Shown here: piece after piece, positions 34,677 to 43,399 of the stretch
How positions within the stretch are numbered: position 1 is the stretch's first letter
Layout of the letters: each line of letters begins with the position of its first letter
Assembly (NCBI GenBank): GCA_036506975.1
Contig: DASXQW010000384.1
Coordinates: 125-64,124, forward strand
Direction: 5' to 3'
From: Casimicrobiaceae bacterium
GTDB taxonomy: Bacteria; Pseudomonadota; Gammaproteobacteria; Burkholderiales; Casimicrobiaceae
DNA: 64,000 bases
Notes under the pieces: generated by a model
Told to the model about the DNA's origin: nothing
The model's database searches: none
The model's input: only the letters and a program-made list of their open reading frames with translations
Made by a program: the position numbers and the translations under genes

Positions 34677-35963
34677 ATGGAACTGCTGCTTCTCGTCGGC
34701 TCGCTGGTGCTGCTGATCCTCGTCGGCGCCCCGATCGGAGTGACGATGGCGGTGCTTCCGATGATCTATATCGCCTTCACTGGCGATTTGCCACTGAGTA
34801 CCGTGCCGTACCAGATGTATGAAGCGCTCGCGCACGCGCCACTGGTCGCGGTCCCGTTCTTCCTGCTGACCGGCGAACTGATGAACAGCGGTCAGATCAC
34901 CGAGCGGCTGCTCGTGCTCAGTCGCGAGCTGGTCGGTCGCTTTCGCGGCGGGCTCGCTCAGGTCACGATCATGGTGAGCATGCTGTTCGCGGGAATGAAC
35001 GGCTCGGTGGTCGCCGACACGGCGGCCGTGGGCAGCGTGCTGATTCCGCCGATGAAGAAAGCCGGCTATTCCGCCGCGTTCGCGGCCGCCATTACTGCGG
35101 TGGCAGGAACGATCGGCGGCATCATTCCGCCGAGCATCGCGATGATCCTGCTCGCGAGCGGGCTCGGCCTTTCGGTCGGCGGATTGTTCGCCGGCGGCAT
35201 CCTCCCGGGCGTGCTGATCGGGCTCATGCTGATGGCGGTGACGTACGTGATCGCGACCCGCCGCGGCTACGAGCGGCTCGAGGAGCCGTTCAGCCTGCGC
35301 AAGCTGTGGCTTGCCTTTCGCGGCGCGATGCTGCCGCTGACGATCCCGATCATCATCGTCGGTGGCATGGTGTTGGGCGTGTTCACGTCGACCGAGGCCG
35401 GTGCGGTCACCGCGATCGTTGCGGCGCTCATCAGCGCAGTTGCCTACCGCACGCTCAACCGGTCGAACGTTCGCTCGGTGCTCACAAAGTCGGTCGAGAT
35501 GACGGCGTCGGTGTTCATCATCATCGCCGCCGCCGGCCCCTTCAGCTGGCTGCTGAACCAGATCGGTGCACTGCAGGGCTTGGGCGACTGGCTGACGGGG
35601 TTCGCAGGCGATCGCGTCATGTTCATCACTGCGCTGGTCGGCTTCATCTTCGTCGCAGGCATGATCATGGATGCCGTCGCCAACATCATCGTGCTCGGCC
35701 CGACGCTCGTGACCGCCTGCGTTGCCGCCGGCTTTCCGCCGATCCAGGCCGGTCTCGTCGTGACCGTCGGCTTCCTGATGGGAACGGTGACGCCGCCGGT
35801 CGGCATCAGCTATTTCATGGCTTCTTACATCGCCGACGAACGGCTCGAGCGTGTGGCGGTTGCGCTCATTCCGTTCATCCTCGTCGAAGTGGTCGCGCTC
35901 GTGCTGATGCTGCTCTGGCCCGGCCTCACGATGTGGGTTCCGAGCCTGATGGGATTGACATGA
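34677..35963 (+). CDS. dctM: TRAP transporter large permease
   Basis: 428 aa, polytopic, with typical DctM sequence (FFLLTGELMNSGQITERL, MFAGMNGSVVADTAA). Confidence 0.9.
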   Translation: MELLLLVGSLVLLILVGAPIGVTMAVLPMIYIAFTGDLPLSTVPYQMYEALAHAPLVAVPFFLLTGELMNSGQITERLLVLSRELVGRFRGGLAQVTIMVSMLFAGMNGSVVADTAAVGSVLIPPMKKAGYSAAFAAAITAVAGTIGGIIPPSIAMILLASGLGLSVGGLFAGGILPGVLIGLMLMAVTYVIATRRGYERLEEPFSLRKLWLAFRGAMLPLTIPIIIVGGMVLGVFTSTEAGAVTAIVAALISAVAYRTLNRSNVRSVLTKSVEMTASVFIIIAAAGPFSWLLNQIGALQGLGDWLTGFAGDRVMFITALVGFIFVAGMIMDAVANIIVLGPTLVTACVAAGFPPIQAGLVVTVGFLMGTVTPPVGISYFMASYIADERLERVAVALIPFILVEVVALVLMLLWPGLTMWVPSLMGLT

Positions 35964-36475
35964 ACGGCGACGCTACACGTGCGCTGCTCGCGTTCGAGCG
36001 CCGCGCGCAAGGATTCCTGGAGATCCTGTGCAGCGTTTTGCTCGTCGCGATGGTGCTTGTCACCGGCTACACGGTCATCATGAGATACGCGTTCCACAAT
36101 CCGCCATTCTGGGGCGACACGCTGACTATGTTCTGCAACATCTGGCTCGTGCTGATCGCATACGCGATCTCGGTTCGCAAGCGCGATTACATCGCCATGC
36201 AAGGCGTCTACGGGCTGCTGCCGTCGGGCTGGCCTTTCGCGCTCAACTTTATCTGGAACGTGATGACCGCTCTCTTCGGCGCATTCCTCTTCTGGTTCGG
36301 CATCGGCGCCGCGATCAACGTGCCGGGAAGCTATTGGGAGCTGGGCGGGTTGCCCAACAAGGTGCCGATGGCGATCATGCCGATCGCTGGCGCGCTGATC
36401 ATGTTGGCAGCGCTGCGCAACGTCGCAGAGGACCTCGCCGTTCGTCGCGCGAAACGCGAATTGCGGGGGCCGTGA
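35960..36475 (+). CDS. dctQ: TRAP transporter small permease
   Basis: 171 aa with 4 TM segments. ATGA overlap with dctM. The order M-then-Q is atypical. Confidence 0.75.
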   Translation: MNGDATRALLAFERRAQGFLEILCSVLLVAMVLVTGYTVIMRYAFHNPPFWGDTLTMFCNIWLVLIAYAISVRKRDYIAMQGVYGLLPSGWPFALNFIWNVMTALFGAFLFWFGIGAAINVPGSYWELGGLPNKVPMAIMPIAGALIMLAALRNVAEDLAVRRAKRELRGP

Positions 36476-36476
36476 C

Positions 36477-37121
36477 GTGATCCTCCTCGGTCGCTATCGC
36501 TCACCGTTTACCCGCCGCGTGGCGATCAGCCTGCGCTGCCTCGGCATCGACTACGAGCACCGGCCGATCACCGCCTGGACGCAGCTTGACGACGTCCGTG
36601 CCGTCAATCCGGTGGGCCGCATCCCGGCGCTGATCCTCGATTCCGGAGAGCGGCTCTTCGACAGCGCGGCCATTCTCGACTACCTCGATCACCTGGTGGG
36701 CCCCACTCGCGCGCTCGTGCCGGCAGACGAGCCCGAGCGGCGCCAAGTGTTGCGCGTGGTTGCCTGCGCGATGGGCGCACTGGAAAAAGTCGTCGCCGCG
36801 CTGTACGAGCACACGATGCGTCCGGCCGCGAAGGTGCATCAGCCGTGGATCGCGCACAATGAGGCGCAGGCGCGCGGCGGCATCGAATGGCTCGACGCGC
36901 GACCAGGCGAGCGCTGGCTCGCGGCGGACCGCCTGACGCAGGCGGACGTCACGACGACGGCGATGTTCGACTTCACGCGCATCGTCAACCCCGGGCTGGT
37001 CCCGGCAGGCGCGTACCCTCGGCTCGACGGGTTGTCGGCGTATTGCAACACGCTGCCGGCGTTCGCCGAAACGCAGCCGACCAGCGCAGTGGATCGCGCC
37101 AATCCCGGACTGCCGGCGTAG
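36477..37121 (+). CDS. Glutathione S-transferase family protein
   Basis: 214 aa. GTG start 1 nt after the dctQ stop. N-terminal thioredoxin-like motif (YRSPFTRRVAISL, RIPALILDSGERLFDSAAILDYL). Confidence 0.8.
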   Translation: MILLGRYRSPFTRRVAISLRCLGIDYEHRPITAWTQLDDVRAVNPVGRIPALILDSGERLFDSAAILDYLDHLVGPTRALVPADEPERRQVLRVVACAMGALEKVVAALYEHTMRPAAKVHQPWIAHNEAQARGGIEWLDARPGERWLAADRLTQADVTTTAMFDFTRIVNPGLVPAGAYPRLDGLSAYCNTLPAFAETQPTSAVDRANPGLPA

Positions 37122-37126
37122 CCGCC

Positions 37127-37933
37127 TCAGCCCACCGGCTGTCCTTCGACGTCGGCCTGCCTGCTCTCGAACACCTGCTGACGGAGCCAGCGCTTGACCT
37201 CGGCGGCGAGGTGCACGATCGCGGGGTCGGTCGCATCGCGCGGACGCGCGAATTCGACGGACTTGATCTCTTCGACGCGCCCCGGCCGCGGCGCCATGAT
37301 CGCGATGCGGTCGGACAGCTTGATCGCCTCGTCGATGCTATGGGTGACGAAAATCACCGTCTTCGGCTCGCGCTGCCAGATTTTGAGCAGCTCGTCCTGC
37401 ATGTACTCGCGCGTCTGGATGTCGAGCGAGCCAAACGGCTCGTCCATCAGCAGGATCGAAGGGTTGACGGCGAGTGCGCGCGCGATGCTCACGCGCTGGC
37501 GCATGCCGCCGGAGAGCTCTCGCGGGTAGCGCGACTCGAATCCGCGCAGGCCGACGAGGCCGATATAATGCTCGGCGATCCGCCGCTGCTCGGCTTCCGG
37601 CAGGCGTTTGCGCTGCAGCCCGTAGCAGATGTTGTCGCGCACCGTGTACCAGGGAAAGAGCGCGTATTCCTGGAACACGACGGCGCGCTCCCATCCCGGC
37701 TCCGCGATCGGCTCGCCGCCGACGCGAAGCTCGCCGCGCGACGGCTGTTCGAAACCCGCGAGAAGGTTGAGCAACGTCGTCTTGCCGCAGCCGCTTGGAC
37801 CGACGATCGAAAAGAACTCGTTGTTCTCGACGCAGAAGGTGACGTCGAGCAGCGCGAGCAGCGGCTCGCCCTGCATCGAGAAGTGCACCTTGCTGACGTT
37901 GTCGACGCTGACCTGCGACGTGCGCGCGCTCAT
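37127..37933 (-). CDS. NitT/TauT-family ABC transporter ATP-binding protein
   Basis: Walker [10 protein letters not shown], signature [15 protein letters not shown], Walker B LLMDEP. Confidence 0.9.
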   Translation of the reverse strand: MSARTSQVSVDNVSKVHFSMQGEPLLALLDVTFCVENNEFFSIVGPSGCGKTTLLNLLAGFEQPSRGELRVGGEPIAEPGWERAVVFQEYALFPWYTVRDNICYGLQRKRLPEAEQRRIAEHYIGLVGLRGFESRYPRELSGGMRQRVSIARALAVNPSILLMDEPFGSLDIQTREYMQDELLKIWQREPKTVIFVTHSIDEAIKLSDRIAIMAPRPGRVEEIKSVEFARPRDATDPAIVHLAAEVKRWLRQQVFESRQADVEGQPVG

Positions 37934-37943
37934 GGCCGTCGAT

Positions 37944-38828
37944 CTACTTGCCGTGGTACCACGGCATCGCGATGCGCATCGCCTGCCGCATCAGGAAGTC
38001 GAGCACCAGACCGAGAACGCCGATCAGCACCATGCCGAGCAGGATGTAATCGCTGCGGAACAGCGTGCGCGCATTGTTGATCATGAAGCCGAGCCCGCTC
38101 GGCGCCGCGACCAGCTCGCCGGCGACCAGCGCCATCCAGCCGATGCCGAGCCCGATGCGCACGCCGGTGAAGATCTGCGGCAGCGCCGCCGGCAGCACGA
38201 CGGTGCGGAACAGCTCGCCACGGCGCGCGCCGAGGCTCAAGCCCGCGCGAACGAGATACGTGTCGACGTCGCGCGCGCCCGCCATCGAGTTCAGCACGAC
38301 GGGAAAGAACGCTGCGAGGAAGATGATGTAGACGATCTGCATGTCGCCGATGCCGAACCACAGGATCGACAGCGGAATCCAGGCGAGCGGCGGAATCGGC
38401 CGTATGAACTCGAGAACCGGGTCGACAGCGGCGCGGAAGCGCGCCGACCATCCCATCGCTAGACCGAGCGGTACGCCGAGCGCCGTCGCTGCGCCGACGG
38501 CGGCCAGCACGCGCTTGAGGCTGTCGAGGATGTGGGTGAAGAGCACGCCGCGCTGGAACAAGTCGATGGCGGCGGACACGACCGCGGTGGGCGGCGGCAT
38601 CATCACATCGAGCTGCGGATTGATCCGCTGTCCGTAGACGCTGATGACTTCCCAAACGACGACGAATGCCGCAAGCAGCCACCAGTGACCGATGCGTACG
38701 AGCGCACGGCGCCAGCGTGGCTGCGGCGGCGCCACCATCGACGCAGTAATCCGCGCCACCGCGTCGGGCGCCGGCGCCGGACCGGGCTGCGTCGCGGTCC
38801 GCGCGGGCGTCTCGACGACGTGTTGCAT
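37944..38828 (-). CDS. NitT/TauT-family ABC transporter permease
   Basis: 294 aa with a BPD_transp_1 pattern similar to tauC ([19 protein letters not shown]). Confidence 0.85.
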   Translation of the reverse strand: MQHVVETPARTATQPGPAPAPDAVARITASMVAPPQPRWRRALVRIGHWWLLAAFVVVWEVISVYGQRINPQLDVMMPPPTAVVSAAIDLFQRGVLFTHILDSLKRVLAAVGAATALGVPLGLAMGWSARFRAAVDPVLEFIRPIPPLAWIPLSILWFGIGDMQIVYIIFLAAFFPVVLNSMAGARDVDTYLVRAGLSLGARRGELFRTVVLPAALPQIFTGVRIGLGIGWMALVAGELVAAPSGLGFMINNARTLFRSDYILLGMVLIGVLGLVLDFLMRQAMRIAMPWYHGK

Positions 38829-38837
38829 GGCGCTCGC

Positions 38838-40214
38838 TTACGGCGTGTACGTCTTGCCCATGAACGTCCACGGCTTCTTCAACTCGCCGGGCTCGGGAAA
38901 CGTAGCCGGTCCGTTCAGCAAAGCGGCCGCGTACGGCTTGTAGGGCAGGTTGCCGACGCCGCCGAAGTCCTTCGGCAGGAACGGCGGGCGTTCGGGCACG
39001 GCCCAGCCGAGCTTGTCGAACGTCGCCTTCATGTAGCTGGTGCGGCGCACGTTCTTCCAGTCGTCGTTCGTCACCTTGTTCTTCGACGCGCCGGTCTCGA
39101 ACGCCCAGTCGCTGATCCGCGACTCCTCCTTCGGCCAGATGCCATTCGCATCGTCGAACGGGTAGTACACAGTCGGCTTCGGCCAGAACAGGTAGCGCTC
39201 AGACATCTTGGTCAACAGCGGCCGCCCGAGCCGCCCATAGGCCGCCTGGCTCAACAGCGCATCGATCGCCTTGTCCGGATTCGCTTTCGCCCACAGTACC
39301 GCTTCGATGAACGCGTCGGTGAGCAGTTGCACGACGTCGGGCGCGTTGTCCTCGATCTCCTGTCGCGCGTAGTAGTAGCCGCTGTAGATGTAATACGGAT
39401 CGAGCGGCTCGAGCAGTCGCGTGACCTTCAGCACTTCGGTCGAGTACGAGACGTGCGGCTCCCAGATCGTGAAGACGTCGATGCCTTTCGGACCCGAAGC
39501 GAGATCGCCGGGTGGCGTACTGCGCAACGTATAGTCCTCGTCCTGCTTGAGCCCCAGATAGTGCGCCGCCGCGATGAAGCCGAAGTGATTCGTCGAGCCG
39601 GTCGTCGTACCGACGACAGCAGGGCGCTTCAGCACCTTCTGCCCCTTGAGATCGGCGAGGCTTTTGAGCGGCGAGTCCAGCGGAACCGTCGCCGCGTGCG
39701 TGAGACCGGGCGAATGCGTGGCGACCGCGCGCGTGGGCACCTTGTTGCTGAGCAGCGCAAGCACGCCGAGCGCGCCGGTGTTCGCGATCTGGATGCGCCC
39801 GGGGATGAACGCCTCGTTCGAGAAGCCGGCGGCAACGAACGTCTGCCATTGAATCTCGATGCCGCGCTTTTCGAGCAGCTTCTGCGTCTGCAGCGTGTTG
39901 CCGATCATCTCCTCGCTCGCCCACACGACGATCCACGCGGCGTTGAGCGGCCACCAACCCTTGCTTTGCAGCCACTGCTTGGACTTCGCCGAGATCTGCT
40001 CGTACGGCAGCGGCCAGCCCCAATCGGTGAACTTCTGCGAGGTGACCGCCGGGGCCGCGGTCTGCGCGCTCGCCGCGCTCGCGGCAGCGAGATCGCCGAG
40101 CAGCAGACCGCCGGCGGCCTTGACGACGGTACTCAGGAACTCACGGCGTGGCAGCGCGGTGGCGGGTTCAGCCGGCACGATCGCGCCGCTGTCGTGCGAT
40201 TTCGAAGCATCCAT
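38838..40214 (-). CDS. NMT1/TauA-like periplasmic binding protein with Tat-type signal
   Basis: The real start is MDASKSHD... (458 aa) after an AAGGAGGA RBS, inside the 836-aa track ORF. Twin-arginine motif PRREFLSTVVKAAGG. Confidence 0.75.
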   Translation of the reverse strand: MDASKSHDSGAIVPAEPATALPRREFLSTVVKAAGGLLLGDLAAASAASAQTAAPAVTSQKFTDWGWPLPYEQISAKSKQWLQSKGWWPLNAAWIVVWASEEMIGNTLQTQKLLEKRGIEIQWQTFVAAGFSNEAFIPGRIQIANTGALGVLALLSNKVPTRAVATHSPGLTHAATVPLDSPLKSLADLKGQKVLKRPAVVGTTTGSTNHFGFIAAAHYLGLKQDEDYTLRSTPPGDLASGPKGIDVFTIWEPHVSYSTEVLKVTRLLEPLDPYYIYSGYYYARQEIEDNAPDVVQLLTDAFIEAVLWAKANPDKAIDALLSQAAYGRLGRPLLTKMSERYLFWPKPTVYYPFDDANGIWPKEESRISDWAFETGASKNKVTNDDWKNVRRTSYMKATFDKLGWAVPERPPFLPKDFGGVGNLPYKPYAAALLNGPATFPEPGELKKPWTFMGKTYTP

Positions 40215-40351
40215 GGCGTCTCCTCCTTGCTCAGTGGGTTTTGATGTAGCTTCGGCTGCTAACGGCTGCCATGACGAAGCCGCGCGCGAACCGGACGAAT
40301 TTTTTGCATGAAAGCTCGAGCAGCGATCCAATATAGCGCAATCGGATACTC

Positions 40352-41101
40352 CTAGCGCGTGAGATAGCCCCCGTCCACCGGAATCGTCGCCCCGTTGACG
40401 TAACCGAGCGCATCCGAGGCGAGCAGCGCGACCGTGGACGCGATATCGTCCGGTACGGCGAAACGGCCAGCCGGGATTGCGGCAAGCACATCGCGACGGC
40501 GCTCGGGCGTGAGCAGCGGGCCCGTCATCCCGGTCTCGGTCACGCCGGGTGCGATCGCATTGACGTTGATGCCATGCGGCGCGAGCTCGCGCGCGAGGCC
40601 CTTCGTGAGGGCGACCACACCCGCCTTCGTCGTGCCGTACAGCACGTTGCCGAACGAGCCGCCACCCTTCGCCGCGGATACCGAAGCAATGTTGACGATC
40701 TTGCCGTAGCGTTGCGCGATCATCGCCGGCAGCACCGCCTTGCAGCAGTAATAAACGCCCGAGAGGTTCACGCGGCAGACATCGTCCCAGTCGGCGATGG
40801 TCGCCTCGGCGACTGGCCCCGTCTTCAGAATCCCTGCATTGTTGACCAGGATATCGATGCGGTTGCGCTCGCGCACGACCCGCCCGACCGCGTCGGCCGC
40901 CGCACTGGCGACGCCGACGTCGAGCGCGATCGGATAACCAAGCCCCCGACACTCGGCAGCGACTTTGCTCGCCGCAGCGACATTGGTGTCGCCCAGGTAC
41001 ACGGTGCAGCCGTGGACGGCGAGTGTGGTCGCAATGGCGGCACCGATGCCGCCGCCGGCACCGGTCACCAGCGCGATCTTCCCGCCGAGTTTCAAATCCA
41101 T
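40352..41101 (-). CDS. Short-chain dehydrogenase/reductase (FabG-like)
   Basis: TGAGGGIG, NNAG, S...YGTTK catalytic motif. Confidence 0.9.
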   Translation of the reverse strand: MDLKLGGKIALVTGAGGGIGAAIATTLAVHGCTVYLGDTNVAAASKVAAECRGLGYPIALDVGVASAAADAVGRVVRERNRIDILVNNAGILKTGPVAEATIADWDDVCRVNLSGVYYCCKAVLPAMIAQRYGKIVNIASVSAAKGGGSFGNVLYGTTKAGVVALTKGLARELAPHGINVNAIAPGVTETGMTGPLLTPERRRDVLAAIPAGRFAVPDDIASTVALLASDALGYVNGATIPVDGGYLTR

Positions 41102-41113
41102 CGAAGCTCCTGT

Positions 41114-41947
41114 TCAGTGGACCGGAGGCAGCCCGAGAATCTGCCGCGCTTCCGCCGGCGTGGCCGGCCGGCGGCCGTAGTGCGGACACGCATCGACGAT
41201 CTTGCGCACCAGCTCGGCGTTGCTCGCCGCGAGCCGGTCGGGCTCGATGCGCAGATTGTCCTCGAGTCCCGTGCGGCAATGCCCGCCCGCCTCCAAGCAC
41301 CACTGGTTGACCTCCCATTGATGGCGGCCGACGCCTGCGGCGACCCACGTCGCACCGGGCAGCACCGCCTCGAGCTCCGAGCGCAGGAAGTCGAAGATCG
41401 TGCGGCGCGCAGGCATCGCATTCGGCACGCCCATGACGAACTGCACGTGCGGCCGCACGTTGACGAGTCCCTTCTTCACGAGATTCGCCGCGTTATAGAG
41501 CATCGCGAGATCGAACACCTCGATCTCCGGCTTGACACCGTGTTCGAGCATCGTTTGAGCGAGCGCCGCGATAAAATCGGGCGGGTTCTCGTAGATGCCG
41601 TTCGGGAAGTTGACCGAGCCGGTTGCCAGCGACGCCATATCGGGCTTCAGGTGCAGCATCGCACCGCGCATCGCGTGCTCGCGGCCGCGGCCGCCGGTGG
41701 AGAACTGCACGATCATGCCGGGGCAGTGCTTGCGCACGCCCTCGCACACGCGCGCGTAGAGTTCCGGATCGGAGCCGGGCGACTCGTCGGGATTGCGCAC
41801 GTGGATGTGCACGAGCGACGCGCCCGCCTCGAATGCCTCGTGCGTCGATGCGATCTGCTCTTTGGGCGTCACCGGCACCGCCGGGTTGTCCTTCTTGCGC
41901 GGCAATGCGCCGGTGATCGCGACCGTGATGATGACGGGCTCCGTCAT
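41114..41947 (-). CDS. BKACE-family beta-keto acid cleavage enzyme (3-keto-5-aminohexanoate cleavage enzyme-like, DUF849)
   Basis: 277 aa. IITVAITGALP, zinc-ligand context LVHIHVRNPDE and RTGLEDN. Confidence 0.9.
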   Translation of the reverse strand: MTEPVIITVAITGALPRKKDNPAVPVTPKEQIASTHEAFEAGASLVHIHVRNPDESPGSDPELYARVCEGVRKHCPGMIVQFSTGGRGREHAMRGAMLHLKPDMASLATGSVNFPNGIYENPPDFIAALAQTMLEHGVKPEIEVFDLAMLYNAANLVKKGLVNVRPHVQFVMGVPNAMPARRTIFDFLRSELEAVLPGATWVAAGVGRHQWEVNQWCLEAGGHCRTGLEDNLRIEPDRLAASNAELVRKIVDACPHYGRRPATPAEARQILGLPPVH

Positions 41948-42807
41948 GCGGCAATCCGTTTGGTTCGTGCCGCCTGCGTCTTCGGAAGCGGCGCCGGGAC
42001 GCTCGCGCCCGCCGGCACCAGCATGGCCGCGATCGCTTGAGCCGCTTCACGCATCGCCGGCAGAAAGGTATAGCTCCTTTTCAGCGTCATCCGCGGCGCC
42101 GGCCCGTGCACGGCAATCGCCGCGCACATCCGTCCGCGCGGATCGCGCACCGGCACGGCGAGGCACACCGATCCGTCGAGGAACTCGCCGGCGTCGGTGG
42201 CCACGCCGGTCGCGCGGACCTTCGCGAGCTCTCGCTCGAGCGCATCGACGCTCACGATCGTGCGCTCGGTGTAGCGCGCCAGCGGCCCCGGGCCGAGCAA
42301 CCGCCGCCGCTGTTCGTGCGACATGTCGGAGAGCAGCAGCTTGCCGCTCGCCGTGCAGTGCAACGGCACCCGCGAGCCGGCCTTCATGTGCAGACGCACG
42401 TTCGCCGATGTCTCGACGCGATCGACATAGACGACCTCTCGGCCGTCGAGCATCGTGAAGTTGCACGTCTCGCCGATCGCTTCGACCAGCCGCGCGAGGA
42501 TCGCGTGCCGCTCACGTCGCCGCGGCCAGCGCATCTGCACGGCGAGCGACAGCGTGCACAGGCGGGCGCCGATCGCGTAGCGCTTGTCGTGCACTTCACG
42601 CTCGACGAGCCCGCCACACATCAAGAGCCGCAGGATCCGGTACACGGTGGGCTTCGGCAGCCCGGTCGCGCGCGTCAGCTCCTCGAGCGTGGGCGGCTCG
42701 TCGGCCGCCGCAATCCGTTCGAGCAGCGCAAAGGCACGTAGCGCCGACGACGGGGCCCCGTCAGGACCGGGGGACACGGCACGTAATTTCATTGAGCGAA
42801 ATGCCAC
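41944..42807 (-). CDS. IclR-family transcriptional regulator
   Basis: wHTH LEELTRATGLPKPTVYRILRLL plus an IclR effector domain. ATGA overlap with the BKACE gene. The start is GTG 42807 or ATG 42792. Confidence 0.9.
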   Translation of the reverse strand: MAFRSMKLRAVSPGPDGAPSSALRAFALLERIAAADEPPTLEELTRATGLPKPTVYRILRLLMCGGLVEREVHDKRYAIGARLCTLSLAVQMRWPRRRERHAILARLVEAIGETCNFTMLDGREVVYVDRVETSANVRLHMKAGSRVPLHCTASGKLLLSDMSHEQRRRLLGPGPLARYTERTIVSVDALERELAKVRATGVATDAGEFLDGSVCLAVPVRDPRGRMCAAIAVHGPAPRMTLKRSYTFLPAMREAAQAIAAMLVPAGASVPAPLPKTQAARTKRIAA

Positions 42808-42916
42808 GTTTCATTATTGCAATGTTTTTCCTGCCGTGCAATGATGGCCGCGGTCGGCGCGATGCCGGCGGCGGGACGTTGGCGCGCGCCCGCCACGCCT
42901 CTTCCCGGAGTTTCGC
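42808..42916. promoter_or_regulatory. Divergent control region (iclR operon / biotin-carboxylase operon) with repeated TGCAATG and TTTCATT motifs
   Basis: GTTTCATTATTGCAATG-N14-GTGCAATGATGG contains the 8-bp palindrome ATTGCAAT. A second TTTCATT copy lies just inside the 5' end of iclR. Confidence 0.4.
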
Positions 42917-43399
42917 TTGGCCCACGACAATCTCACGTACGACGACCTGCTGCGAATCGTCGAGCTGATCAAGACTTCGGAGCAGTTTTCCGAGTTCCGG
43001 CTGAAGATCGGCGAGATCGAGGTCGAGCTGCGCCGCCGTGGTGCGGCGGGCGCGCCGGCGCCACTAGCGTCGTCGAGCCCGCCGGCGCCGGTTGCGCAGC
43101 CCGCCGAGCCGGTGCCGGCGCGCGAGGCGCCGAGCTGGCCCGAAGGCTCGATCGTCATCCGCTCCCCGATGGTCGGAACGTTCTATCGCGCCCCCGAGCC
43201 GGGCGCGCGGCCGTTCATCGATGTCGGCCAAGCCGTGGAACCCGACACGACGGTGTGCATCATCGAGGTCATGAAGCTGATGAACTCGATTCCCGCCAGC
43301 GCATGGGGGACGGTCATGCAAATCCTCGTCCAGGACGCGGCCGCGGTCGAAGCCGGGCAGCCGCTGATCGTGCTGCAGCCGGAAGCCGAGCCGGAATGA
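42917..43399 (+). CDS. Biotin carboxyl carrier protein (AccB-like)
   Basis: 160 aa with a TTG start. Ala/Pro-rich linker. Biotinyl-Lys motif IIEVMKLMNSIPA. Confidence 0.85.
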   Translation: MAHDNLTYDDLLRIVELIKTSEQFSEFRLKIGEIEVELRRRGAAGAPAPLASSSPPAPVAQPAEPVPAREAPSWPEGSIVIRSPMVGTFYRAPEPGARPFIDVGQAVEPDTTVCIIEVMKLMNSIPASAWGTVMQILVQDAAAVEAGQPLIVLQPEAEPE

